DNA from: Felis catus
Taxonomy: Eukaryota
Assembly (NCBI RefSeq): GCF_018350175.1
Contig: NC_058369.1
Span: 24,430,001 to 24,494,000 of the forward strand
Direction of reading: 5' to 3'
Length of the DNA stretch: 64,000 bases
This document shows, piece after piece, positions 38,053 to 50,673 of this stretch (its first letter is position 1; every line of letters starts with the position of its first letter). The notes under the pieces were generated by a model. That model did not search any database and was not told the origin of the DNA. It was given only the letters and a program-made list of their open reading frames with translations. The translations under genes were made by a program, and so were the position numbers.

Positions 38053-40161
38053 CCATTTCATCCTTGGCTCCTATAGGCATACCAATTTGCAGGCCCTGCT
38101 ACAGGATGATATGAAATTATTTAAAGAGGAGAACCACATAGGATCTAAGAATTCAAAGTAGGCTCCCCAGTGGAAGTGACCACAAAGCTGGGATCTGACA
38201 AATGTGCCAACATTAGTTGACTGAAGGTAGTTGAAGGAAAAGGGATCTAGGCATAGAGAACAATATATAAGGAAACGTAAGGTGGGAATTTATCCTTACA
38301 GAAATCTTTCCTGAGACATTTCATGTCTCCTTACTAAAAAATACCCTTGATTAGCACACATCTAAGCAATGGAGGGCCACATATAAATTTGGAGCTTCAG
38401 ATAATATTGCCGTATTTTTTTCTCCCAAGTAACACTTGAGAAACCATCTCCACTTGAAGAGAACATGCCCAGAAAATCAAATTTTCTTCCTTTCCATTTC
38501 AGGATGATAGTTTCCAATCCTGAAACTATCAAGGCCATAAATGTGAAGGCCATCTGCTGAGCAGCCGTTTCCAGGGGAACAGCAAATGCTCTTTGCACTC
38601 TAATGCTTTTCTGCTCTAAAGGACAGTGACTTCTCTGTAGAGGAAGGCATCCTCAGTTTTTCTTAGAATTTGCATCTTGCATTTTGTAAGAATATGCATT
38701 ATGAAAATGATATGCTTTGGGAGTTTTTTCAGACCTCACACTGCTGAAAGCCAAGCTTTTGCCAACAGCTTCTCAAGTGCTGGAGTCTATTTATTATTTG
38801 AGGCATTACCCTTGGTGGTAAGAAGCATATTGCTCTTTCCACTGAGGGAGACTTTGCCTTTCTGATTCCATGCAACCAACCTCTTCTAAATAATAACTAC
38901 TTCCAAAGTTTCATTAGTTCTTTTGGGAATAAGGAAAAAAACAGATGACTAAGCACTGTCCTGAAAAGCTCACAGCCCAACAGTAAAGCCAGATATGTAA
39001 ACAAGCATAATTCCTCCAATCAATGCAAAAATAGACATATGTTACAGGTGTTAAATGAACAACCAACACACATGTCAGTAAAAACATGAACGCAAGTCAC
39101 CATATGAAACCTACAGAGGAACCATCTCACTGCCCTCTCACTCCAGGTGCAGTTATCTGAGGCAAAAACAAACCCAACTTATCACTCCCCAGCCTAACCC
39201 CTTCTGCCCACTCACCTCTCCCAGATCCTTGAGACCAACAGGACTTAAGATTTTACTCCCCTCAACAGACTCCCAAACTCACAAAATACCTGCCTGTGCC
39301 TAATGCTACATTTCATACTTCATTAACCTGGTATTTTTCCAGCGTCAGTGGGGATCTCCATCACCCCACCAGATGACGGCATCACCCTTCCTGGACTCCA
39401 CATGTGTTTATTGCAAGAAGAAATATAAAATCCTCCACACTCAAGCCCTTCCAGTTGGCCTGTCTAATACTTGCTTGTACTTTCATCTTTACTGTGAAGC
39501 AACCTTGTTAAAAAATTTATTTTTCAGGTGCCACCATGGATAAATCAGCCTTTTGATCAAGGAGAAAGCATACGTGAAATTGAGAAAGGACACGTTTTCC
39601 TTTTTCTGGGAAGGTTTTGGGGATGTCAGTCACTGTAAAAATCTTTTCTTGGGAATGCCGTCCACATCTGCAAACTGTTCCTGTAAAGTCTATGCAGAAA
39701 TCCATTTCAGTATATAGCTCTGCTCCATGATAAGCAATCTTCCCTGGAAAATGCCAACCCCGGCCTCCTCAGCTGAAATATAAAGTCATATTGCTTTTTT
39801 TTCTTCTATGACAGGACAGAAGGAAGTGATTCACACACCTGAATTCTCTGAAACGGAAAATTTCTCACAGGAGAGTGTTTTGATAGCCTTTCTTTCTTTC
39901 GAAGTCATGATGTATATGTGAGTTTTTAAGGGTTCCTTATCCAACAGAGAAAGAAAAATTGAGATGGGATAATGATAATGTGAATAATACATTATTGAAA
40001 TTATTTCTGTCTTTCCATTTTTTTCCCTTTTTGTACTTTATCAGAACCAAGCATGTTTGTAAGTCATAAAGTAGATAGAACAAATCTGTAGTTTCTGAAG
40101 AAGATCATAATGCCTGCACCACTAGTTAGCTGTGTAATGTCCAGGCCCTTTGACCTTTCTT

Positions 40162-40813
40162 AGACCTTTCTTAGACCTAGGCCAGAGGGGCCCCTTTCTT
40201 GGGGCACAAACTGTAGAGGGCTCCACACAGAACAAACTCCAAAATGCAGTTTCTTTTCTTTCCAATCGTATAAGGAAGTTTTGTTTGTTTTTTATTTGGT
40301 AAGTGCCCAAACCTATAGGAGAGACTCCTTAGCTGAACTTGGCCCCCAGGCCAGAGGATACTGAGTTGATGGACCATGAGAGGATGAACCACAGCCTCTG
40401 CCCTTGGAAACCAAAGACAAGATGTCTCCCAGATAACTCTGTTCCCTTCCTTCCCCTTGCTCAAGAGAGGCATCCCTAGAAGGCCTGATTCAGACAAGTA
40501 AGGCCTGGAGGCAGACAAGTAAGGCCTGGAGGCAGAAACACACCTCCCTGGAGAGTTTGACTAGGTTATCCTCATTTGGGGCTCAGTGGGTTCAGGGGTC
40601 TTGGACCTAAGTCCAATCTCACCCTGTCCTGCTCTTGCAGATCCATGGGAAGGCCCTGGAGAGACTGAGGCCCCTGTTACCTGTAGGCACTAGGCCATAG
40701 TCTTCAGGACAGGAGGCAGGCATAGCTTGAGTAGACCTTTTGCATATTTAGATATTTGGTCTGTGGCTCTCCATTAGTACTTGCCCTGGCCCCTCAAATG
40801 GCAGGGGCAGTCT
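40162..40813 (-). mobile_element. Zaphod/MER115-like hAT-Tip100 element
   Basis: Both ends match recalled MER115 termini on the minus strand (tgcccct...gggccagggcaag...tatctaaatat; aggggcccctctggcctaggtctaag); locally GC-rich. Confidence 0.6.
40491..40536. repeat. Perfect 21-bp tandem duplication
   Basis: cagacaagtaaggcctggagg twice, followed by caga. Confidence 0.95.
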
Positions 40814-41106
40814 AACTCTGGTTTCTGTCTAAAAATAAGAGGACTCAACTAAATTGCTCTACAGTTTGGGCCTGCTCTAAAAAGTCATTATATTTTTCAC
40901 TTAAGTACCTTAAAGGTAAAGCGGGATAAAAAATGCAATTCAAGATGTCAGAAAAAACATAATAAAATTTATTTTTCCAGAGTTATTTCAAGAAGAAATC
41001 TTTGAATGAATTGTAGCTTCTGGCTTACCCTTTCCTACCTCTCAGGTTGCACACCCTATAATAAGAATGTCATTAAGTAAAACTACAGTTTGAAATGCCT
41101 TGGAAT

Positions 41107-41131
41107 ACACACACACACACACACACACACA
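41107..41131. repeat. (AC)n microsatellite
   Basis: Pure AC run. Confidence 0.95.
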
Positions 41132-42821
41132 ATACCACAAATACCACACTGTAAAATTCTCCATGTGGTATAAGAATCACAGTTTATCTCTCTCTAATGA
41201 CCAATTGTCAATTAATATTTAACCACCTTTTTGCACTGAAAACCTTTTCTAAAATACACAAGAAGAAAAAACTATGTAGAGATTACTTCAAGACTTAGCA
41301 ATCAAACAAAAACTTTAAAGAAGACAAATAAACAAAAGCCATGCCTAAAGGAGCCAAAGACTACAAACACTGAAGAGTATTTACTATTATTACTGAGGAG
41401 GATTAACTTAGAAATACTTAGAGATGTCAGTAGTGAAATACTAATCTGAATTTTAATTTTTACTGATTTTTTTACACTAATTACAAAGACAGATGTGCTT
41501 ACTATGAACACTGCCTAAACTATAAGCACAGTATAAGAAACAGCTTTCCTGTTCTGATAGGGGGCATAAATAATGTTTCTATGTTATGTCGTGTTCCCGT
41601 ATATCACGAAACTGGTTGAAATGTATCTCTGGCTACCGTAAATCATAAATACAGTTAAGCGGAACCTCCTCTTCGAATGCAGAAAACAAGCACATAGCAG
41701 TAAAATCCAGAGTTACACATGATTTGAGTGTGAGTTTCTTCATAGTCCATTTTAATTGATTTACACAGACAGGAAAGAGGGGGAACATTAAACCTTTTAC
41801 AAACCTTCCCAAGCTCTCCTAATTAGGCCAGTCCTGCATAAAGAACTTCGTAGTTTTAAGGAATCCAAGAGCAATGAAGTAAAAATGAGATAAATTGGGG
41901 AAAACACATATATATTGCAACACCTGTTCTCAAATTCTGTGCTTCTAATAAAGGGAATGTTATAGGTAATAGACACAGTGGGCTATGACCAGGTTACTCA
42001 CTAGACCACAGAATGGTATTTCTGAAATTGTTGTTCATATTTTACCTTTATAAAGGAAAAATTATCAAAGTCAAAATTATCAAAGAGCACAGGAAAAGCT
42101 GTGCTTTGACATAAGAAGTTTATTTAACAGAATATTAAATGAGACATGTAAAGTAACCAATCTCTTTTAGGAATTAAAGTATTAGTTTAAAAAAAAAAGC
42201 ATTTCCAATCTCTACTTAAAATGTTCTTAGAATCTTTGTGTCTAACAGGTTGCTGAGTAGATGTAAAAGTAAAAACCAAAATATCTAAAACAAGTGGCCC
42301 TGCTTTAGAAAACACTGAAGGCAGTGCTAAAACAGCTACCATATTTCTTCTGAATCTAACCCCCAACAGTTGTAAGGTATATCTTAATTTATATCCTCAG
42401 AGAAAGGAAAATCATATAATAACACCATCAACTGGGAGATACATCCCAATTTCAGAGATGCTAAAATGTGTAAAACAAGTCATTGAAATATGGAAAACAC
42501 ATCCAACTCTTAAACTTAAAAAAGTCAGAATGAACATTTCTATATAATGACCACTTAGCAGATATTTATAAAACACATGAAAAAAATGAGTAACTTCACA
42601 AACAACTTTCTTGATAGGAAAGTGAAATGAAGAACAGTTCTAAACATGTGATCACAGAGACAGACAATCCTTCATCAAGCCTCCCCTGTCCACTACTCTG
42701 GCCCAGCCTTCTCGCTCACCTCAGTTCCTACAATGTTAACAGGAAAAAGCACACACTTTAACAATTAGTTTTATATGCATACACATACCCACATACATAC
42801 ACATTTACCCAAACTCTAGAG

Positions 42822-43032
42822 CAGGAGTCAGCAAACTGTGACACACAGGCTAAACCAGTTTTGCTAATAAAGTTTTATTTGAACACAGTCATGTTCACTT
42901 ATTTATGTACTGTCTACGGGTGCTACAACAACACTACAATGGCAGAATTGAGTAACTGCAAAAGACTGAATGGCCTGCAAAGCCTATAATCTTTATCAAA
43001 TGGCCCTTTAAGAAAAAGTTTGCTTAGCCATG
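42822..43032. mobile_element. MER58A hAT-Charlie MITE
   Basis: caggagtcagcaaact...aataaagttttatttgaacacag...tggcctgcaaagcc...aaaaagtttgc. Confidence 0.85.
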
Positions 43033-45000
43033 CACTACTACGGCATAAGGCACCAGAGGACAGGGGCTATATTATAAACTGGTCTTACTCTCCCAGTGCC
43101 TCTGGCACCAAGTGAAAAGCAATTAATGTATGCTTAGTGGCAGTGATTTTAGAAATCTAAGAGCAGCATACCTCTAAATTGAGCTGAAAGGTCTTCTAAA
43201 GGCTAATTTCCATTTCTAGAGGAAGCTCTTTGCCCTCCACTTTACCCTTTTTTTTTTTACAAGTTAAGATCTAGTCTATAAATCAGTCCCATAGTAGCTA
43301 TATGACTGATAGAGTAACTCCATTTATCTCCCTGATTAAGTTCATTAAACAGACACTTTGAGGACCATCAATTGCCTTTCACATAAAAATACTTGACAAA
43401 GTGGCACTAACCACCTAACAGTAATTCAAGGCATCAATCATTTCCGAGACATCTGTTGAGCATGCTCTCCATGCTACTCTAGATAAGGAATCACCAAATA
43501 GAATTAGACACAGGCCCTGCCCTCAGGGAGCTAAAAGTCTATGGCGACTTCATCTCCTTAGACTTATTTCAAAGTAAACATGTTGTAAATAGCATGATAG
43601 CAAAGAGAACCTCAGGGTGATGACCATGGGAAGACCCACTGAGCTATTCAATCAGGACTTGGGTACTTTGTACAAAAACCCTGTAGCAGATAGAAGAATG
43701 TACAGTCATGGCTTCTTACCTGGAGCTGTATACAATACAGGGGACAAGGGCTTTGCTTTGACCAGATCCAACACAAGGCAAATGGAGAAGAACACAGTCC
43801 TTTGGGTCTCTCAAGAGGGAGAGGTTAATTCTGATAGAACTGGGGTTGAAAAAGAAATAAGAGAAGATCTTGTGAAGAAGATTTTTTAGTAAATTTTAAA
43901 GGAGAAGATAATATTTCCATAAGAAAATCTTTTGGGATAAGGGAGGAATAAAGGCACAAAGATCAGGAGGCACAATACCTAATATATCTGTGTTTGGTCC
44001 ACAAAGAGAGCCATTATTATGTATTAATCAAATTTACTGAGTGCCTATTCTGTGCTAAGTGATATATCTGAGAGCAAAACAAGTTCTCTTTAGAAGCAAA
44101 AACAATTCTAAAGGTGATTTCATATTATCATCACTGGGTTTAAGGAGAGCAGAGTGTAGGGTGAAAAATATGGTGGGAGACAAAGCCCAACAGATAGTTT
44201 GGAGACCACTGTGAAGAACCTGGGGATGCCAGGTCAAAGAGGTAGGATTCTATTTTTATAAATATAATATTTTTAAATCTTTATATAATAAGTTAAATAA
44301 ATGTATATTTATTTAAGTTCATTGTAAGTTCTATATATGTTCTAGGGCACTAGAGATCATTCTAACACTAAAACTAGTCTTCAAAACCAATTGTATTCAT
44401 AGCAAAGTACATAGTAGAATGTGAGTTCAACTCACAAGAAGAATGCCACTACTCATTCTTGTTTGAATTTGATCATTTTGAGATATACAGAAGGGACCCA
44501 GTATATGTGAGCACACAACCAATGTACTGCTGGCTATGAATTAGAGGTTATTTCCAAATTATCTTAATTTAATACTCTACATAATCTGCCAGCCATATAT
44601 TCATGTGTGTGTGCTCATGTGTGTTAATGAACACGTTACCTTTAGTTTTATTTTAAAAGTAAAACAGTTCCACCATTACCTGCATGCTTCTTTATAAGAC
44701 AGCTCCAGAAGTGGCAGAAAGAACAAGCCTTTTAGCAGCTTAATCCCTAAATAGCATCCTCATGGCTTTCTCAAGCTTATTTCACCACTGTCTTATGTCC
44801 TATTTCCTGAAAGCAAACTTCCCTTACCTTTCCTGAGTGACCTTTCTTCCCTGGTCATCACAGTAAGTCTATTCCTTAGATTCTTAAATGAGATTATTTA
44901 TCTTCATGAATTGCCTTCCTTTAATATACCAGGGTAATTTAATATTTCAACTTTTTTTGGCTAATATAAATCACTTACTTGTGCTTATTAGGCTCTATAT

Positions 45001-45238
45001 TAGGGTTTCCCAACCTTGACACTATTGACGCTGGAGGTCAAATAATTCTGTGTTGTGGGGGGACTGCCCTGTGTATTGCAGAATGTTTAGCAGCATCCCT
45101 GGCCTCTACCCACTAGATGCCAGTAAAGCACACACATGCACACGCGCGCACACACACACACTGTGATAACCAAAACTGTCTCCAGTCATTGCCAAATGTC
45201 TCCTGGGAGGCAGAATCATCCCCTGTTAACAACCACTG
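45001..45238. mobile_element. MER20 hAT-Charlie MITE
   Basis: gcagaatgtttagcagcatccctggcctctacccactagatgccag core; 8-bp TSD ctctatat / ctctaaat. Confidence 0.92.
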
Positions 45239-45279
45239 CTCTAAATAATTTATTATTTTCATTTTATATTAACACTAAG

Positions 45280-45490
45280 AGGTAATATGTATGCAGGTTT
45301 ACAATTTACCATCCACTACACCAATCATGTTTATAAGTTAACTCACTCAATCTTCACAATACCCCATTTTAAAGATAAGGAAATACTCAGAGAAGATAAG
45401 TGGCTTGTCTGGGACCATACTATTATTGAGTGGTAGAATTTTTATTGAACCTGAGTCCACTGACATCAGACCCTTAGCTCTAAACTACTG
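45280..45490 (-). mobile_element. MIR
   Basis: caatcttcacaat...cccattttaaagataaggaaa...aagtggcttgtc...tgaacctgagtc. Confidence 0.7.
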
Positions 45491-47762
45491 TTTTGCCTTT
45501 CTAGAAATGCATAAAATTGACAGGAGTAGACTGGGTACAGTCTCTCTCCATCTTCCGTATTTTGTGACCCAGAGCCATCCAGGAACCATCACACATTTAA
45601 GGATATATCATTTGCACAGCAGGAGCTCTTGCATCTTCCCAGGAATAAAATTCAGTGACACCTGGTATGGCTCGGACATAGACCAATCTCATGCACGTGG
45701 ATCATAAACAACCCATATAAGTATGACCAGCTATCTGATATCTACAGGATGAATGTGAGCTCTACATTTGCCTCAACTGAAGTTTTATTTTCCCCAAGCA
45801 GGCACTACTTTGGTCAAAAGTATGCACTCATAGAGCATGTACAAAGTGCAGAGCACTAAAACATAGGCATAAGTACTTTTTAAAAAAATTAGAGATGAGA
45901 TCCTTGCTTTAAGAAATTTGAAACCTCATGGTTGAGGCAAAACACCCAGCTACAAAGTGACATTATGGCACATCACACAGCAAAAACTAATTTCAACTAA
46001 AGGTGAGAAAATCTCAAGTTGACTATATCAAAAGTTAGAATGACAGACTATTTTCTTAAAAACATTTTTTAAAGCAAGTAATCAATCAGGTTAATAAAAT
46101 GTAGTAGATGAAGAGTACTTAGGAAATTTACTTAACAGATATTAAAATGACTTGAAATTCACCTATCAATTTGTTTATAATGAATACAGTTTTTGATTAC
46201 ACATGAAAGCGGTTTGTGCTCTTTAATAGGATAAACATTTCCTTTATGCTCCACTATCATCTATTAATTCACTTAGCAAATCCTTTGCAAAGACAAACTT
46301 TTGCTCAGCCCATACAAACGGGTACAAATTTTAAATAAATGGGTTATGGATCAATTAAACTTTTACATGAGAAATAATTGACCTCACAACTATTAAAGCT
46401 GATCACAAATAAAGGGGTGGGGGTTCTCTGCAAAATCATCTGGGCCTCATTCCCAGTGATTTTGATTTAATTGATCTGAGTGGACTTGCATGTCTGCATT
46501 TTTAAGTTCGTTGGCTTGTTCTAACAAGCCCCAGGGCTGAGAACAACTAACTGGATTAAAGGAATGTCAGTGCAAAGAGGGAATCAGAAAACACTAGGCA
46601 CGATGCGTGCAGACTGTAGGCTCTTGCACCCCATGCCTATCAGCCCTTATACCAGCTCCTACTGGTATACTTTGTCTCTGATCTTTGGCTTCTTCATCTG
46701 TAAAATAAAGATGTTCAGTGGAGTAAATGAGAAAACTCGTGTAAAGAGCTTAGCATGCTGCCTGAAAGTGCTCGGTACATTTTAGAAACTATTGCAGGCT
46801 TTCCAGAAGAGTTGACTTTTGAGTTGAGTCTTAGTCTTAATGATAAAAATAAACTTACATGCCTCTAAGAATGCACTCGTTCCTGCCAATTATTTTCTTT
46901 AAAAAGAGATTCACAGAATTCAATGCTATACTGGGTAGCCTCTCATTTATAATTAGCATGCAAGTTAAAGATCAAACTTCGTATTTGCCCTTCAGGCATC
47001 CAGAATCCAACTGATGTGTTGCTCTTTGCCACTTGAATCTTTGAGGTCCCTGATCTACTTATGACATCCCTCCCAACCATCACAACAATTACAAAAATAT
47101 TTGTACCACCTCCAACTGCTAAGACAAAGATACATTCTCATCTACATGCTCCCTTGCAATAACTAACCTGCAAACACAATAAAATAAGTTCCAGGCATGG
47201 CTGAATTTTTAACAGTATTAGTTATAAACCCTAAAATAATTTATAATGGAAATTATGAGATGTCCTTCACTATGGAGGATATTGGTCCTAGGCTCAACGA
47301 CAGAACATGTGTTCACGGGAGCACACAACTGTATGTACGCAATACACATACACAGAAAAGGGTTCTGTTCACTTAACTCAAATTTATTCAGAACAGTTTT
47401 ATGTTATTTATTTTCATGAGTTTTAGACAAGATCTTTTTTAGCACATTACAGAGGCCTGGAGGGGCTTTCTGCATAAAAGACAAAGCCAAGCACTGTTAA
47501 TGCAAAGTATAGTAACTCAGTGTTTTGAGAAACATGGCCAAACATATTTGAATATGAAGCCATCAGGCCAAGAAATCTTGGTGTCTAGAGCTGAGAACAA
47601 ACTTGGCAGTTGAATTCTCATTATCAGGAGATTTCTTGCTACCTTGTAGCCACTTGGCCCAGCCTGTCTCAACCTTACAAAGATCCCTATGCACATTCCA
47701 CAAAATATTTGGACAAGAATATTTCATATCTTTCATGTGGTGGTAAAACATAAGATGTGAAA

Positions 47763-47832
47763 AAAATGCCATAGAAAGAGCATCTATCCCCCATTTTCAT
47801 CTGAAAATGCCATAGAAAGAACATCTATCCCC
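47763..47832. repeat. 29-bp direct repeat (41-bp period) at the start of a + strand MIR fragment that extends to ~47930
   Basis: aaaatgccatagaaaga(g/a)catctatcccc at 47763-47791 and 47804-47832. Confidence 0.9.
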
Positions 47833-48599
47833 TTCAGGTTGCTATGAAGATTAAATGAGCTAATACATGTAACATGCTTGGCACAGTGCCTGGAGCAATA
47901 AGCACTCAATACATACTGACTAGGTTATCATTATGTGTTTTAACTGACATTTCCATTATAAACCACACTCACAAAATCTGCATCAAATTTCTCAAACAAA
48001 TGCTCTAACAAAATAAGAGTGCAACACACAAACTATGCTAAAAATCCAAGGCCCAAAGATAACTTCAAAACTAGGGCCTGTGCCATGCTGAATGTTGTAG
48101 AGGAAAAAGCTAAGAGAAAACACAAAGCATGAAGCGAGAGATGGTAGCAAATCTGATAGTAATGCTAAGAAAATCACAATTCAGACAACTTACCTTTAGG
48201 AAGTAAAAGAATTTTAATGTCCTCAGGGTGCTATTTGGGGTTCAGAAAGAATCTTTCACTGGAATAAGACCTAAGAGGACTTACAAAGAGTCCACCTTCA
48301 AAAGGTTGCGTTGAAAGAGAGAGATGAGACTCCAGTCACAGAATTTGGCTTGTCACCTCCACCCCAAATATACACACATATTTCAGGTAATTCAGGAAGC
48401 TGTTCAGGAAGCCTCCTCATTATACTTTTAAAAGCTCCCTTTCCATCATTAAAAAGGCACACATTTCTAATAGGTAAACATCCTTCAGTTGAACAAACTT
48501 GAAGCATGACTATTCCTAAGTAAAGTTGCCTTCATTTTCCAAAACTCCTGGGCACACTTAAACCAACGTGTGAAATTCCATGAACTCCAGGGAAGGAGT

Positions 48600-48616
48600 G
48601 GGGGGGGGGGGGGGGG
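48600..48616. repeat. G17 homopolymer
   Basis: 17 consecutive G. Confidence 0.95.
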
Positions 48617-49308
48617 ATGCTAATGTGCTTAAGCTTACAACAGTGAGACCCAGTGAAAGACAGACTGACTAACCCACAGACCAGCAAAATCTTAATGCCT
48701 AATAGCAAATTATTCTTAATAAAGAACCAATCAAAAATTTATTAGAACATGAAGGAGACTTTAAGAGACCACTTACCACAACCTGCCTAGAGAGTCAGAC
48801 CTTCTGACGATGAAATGCCACCTAAACACAATAATATTTCAGTGATCTCTAACAAAATATACACATGTGTTACAGCTGAAGACACTTTTTTTTTTTTAAC
48901 CCATCATAGAAACTAAAGAAAGTTCCCAACTGCCACTAGATTCCCTGGCAGCCTCACAGATCAACATTTCAAGTTGATCAGTAAAACAATGCAAATGTTC
49001 AACTAAACTTTGTCTGGCTAAAGTCTGATTTAAAATGTGAAAAATAAAATATATCAGTATTGTTCAAATCATATTTTTTTACAAAGTTATTTGCTCCAGT
49101 GAGAAAAAAATCATATTTCAGTCTCGGTTGTTATTTATCCCTATGGTTGACACACTGTTTTATTTTAAATAACTTGTAAAATGTTACCATAATGGCTTTA
49201 ACATCAATTTCATATCTGATCTGCACTCTCCTGGTACATAGGGAAAACGATGTCCAAAAAGGTCTAAAGAGAAACAAGTCAAAAATAAAAAGTAAATCTC
49301 ATTCAAGG

Positions 49309-49322
49309 GTGCCATCTAGTGG
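49309..49322 (-). promoter_or_regulatory. CTCF core motif candidate
   Basis: GTGCCATCTAGTGG reads CCACTAGATGGCAC on the minus strand, matching CCASYAGRKGGCRS. Confidence 0.5.
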
Positions 49323-49342
49323 GAAAATCAGGTGGCTGTCAT

Positions 49343-49355
49343 GTTGCTAAGCAAC
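49343..49355. promoter_or_regulatory. RFX X-box candidate
   Basis: GTTGCTAAGCAAC: perfect GTTGCT/AGCAAC inverted half-sites. Confidence 0.45.
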
Positions 49356-49411
49356 CTTTGGATGGCATGTTTAAAATCCCAGAATCTTGGAGCTTGGAAA
49401 AAAACTTAGTT

Positions 49412-49676
49412 CAGTGTTTCCCAAAATATGTTCCTTGTTAACAGGATTCTGTCATCAAATACATTTAAGTAATGCTGGGTGAAACACTGGACAGTATGTC
49501 TTTACTACAGAATATCTCACAGCCTAGAATATGCTCACTCACATACACTGGGAATCTCCAAAGAGGGATATGGCATTTCTCACATATATTTGATCAGGGA
49601 AACTCTTTACTTGTGGATGCCTCTGAACTCCTCACAGAACACTGGAATTTCTCAAAACAATGTTTAGGAAATGCTG
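49412..49676. mobile_element. Diverged hAT-Charlie-type MITE
   Basis: TIR-like ends cagtgtttcccaaa / tttaggaaatgctg. Confidence 0.55.
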
Positions 49677-50417
49677 ATCTAATCCAACTCCTGCCTCCAC
49701 AGTTTACGCATGAGGTTTCCAGCTATTTAAGTGACTTGTCCTGGTTCCCAGTATTGCCTATAGTCTGGCAAGCCTACAGGTCTGTCTTTGTAACCTGAGG
49801 GGTGAGCAGAAGTAACCTAAAGGAGGTGGGCTACAGGATACTTTCCTCTGCCCTTCTACTCTAGCATTAAAACTCTATTGTGGAAGGTCTGAAAGTTTCA
49901 TTTTAAGCACCTACCAGTCTGGAATGATACCCTATTGCACTTAGACAATATTATACATTGACTTAAAAACCTAAAAGAATGTTCTCCTTTCACGTTCTGA
50001 TGGTTATTATTTTTTAAATCAGGCTTTGGATTGATCTTAATGTTATATATCAACATGGGTGGTAGTTCATTTCTATAAATTTTATTATTTTTAAAGATAT
50101 ATTTTTGCAGAAACAATTTAAGAGTGTGTAAAAGTTATGTCTGATGTCTCCCATATATGTCTCATTTGAATGTAAGCCTGAAGAACATTCATAATACCTA
50201 GTAGTGATAGTGGGGATCGAAAGAATTATAGGCTAAAAAAAATAAGCTCAAAGAAAGGCAGGCCTTACAAACCTCCCATCCCCCAAATATAGCAAATATT
50301 ATATAGGATAATAGCAACAGAATTACAAAAGCATCTTCCAAGGCTTTTTGCTACAAATTATCCTGAAATAACTAAAATATATTTTCATTTGTAAATAAAT
50401 TTAAAATTTCAACAACA

Positions 50418-50576
50418 GGGGCGCCTGGGTGGCTCAGTCGGTTAAGCATCCAACTTCTGCTCAGGTCATGATCTTGCAGTTCATGGGTTCAAGCCCTGTG
50501 TCAGGCTCTGTGCTGACAGCTCAGAGCCTGGAGCCTGCTTTGGATTCTGTGTCTCCCTCTCTCTCTGCCCCTCCCC

Positions 50577-50642
<66 letters not shown>

Positions 50643-50673
50643 AATAAATAAAGATTTCTAAAAAATTTTTTTT
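50418..50673 (+). mobile_element. Can-SINE, SINEC_Fc2 type, with long (CT)n tract
   Basis: TSD atttcaacaaca at 50406-50417 / 50674-50685. Confidence 0.95.

Noticed and set aside
41585..41698. Possible H/ACA snoRNA or pre-miRNA in the CpG patch
   Set aside because: ANANNA and ACA motifs can be found, but I could not build two convincing hairpins or recognise a mature miRNA
45109..45124. CTCF-like ccactagatgccag
   Set aside because: Part of the ordinary MER20 consensus, with a mismatch in the GGC core; no independent support
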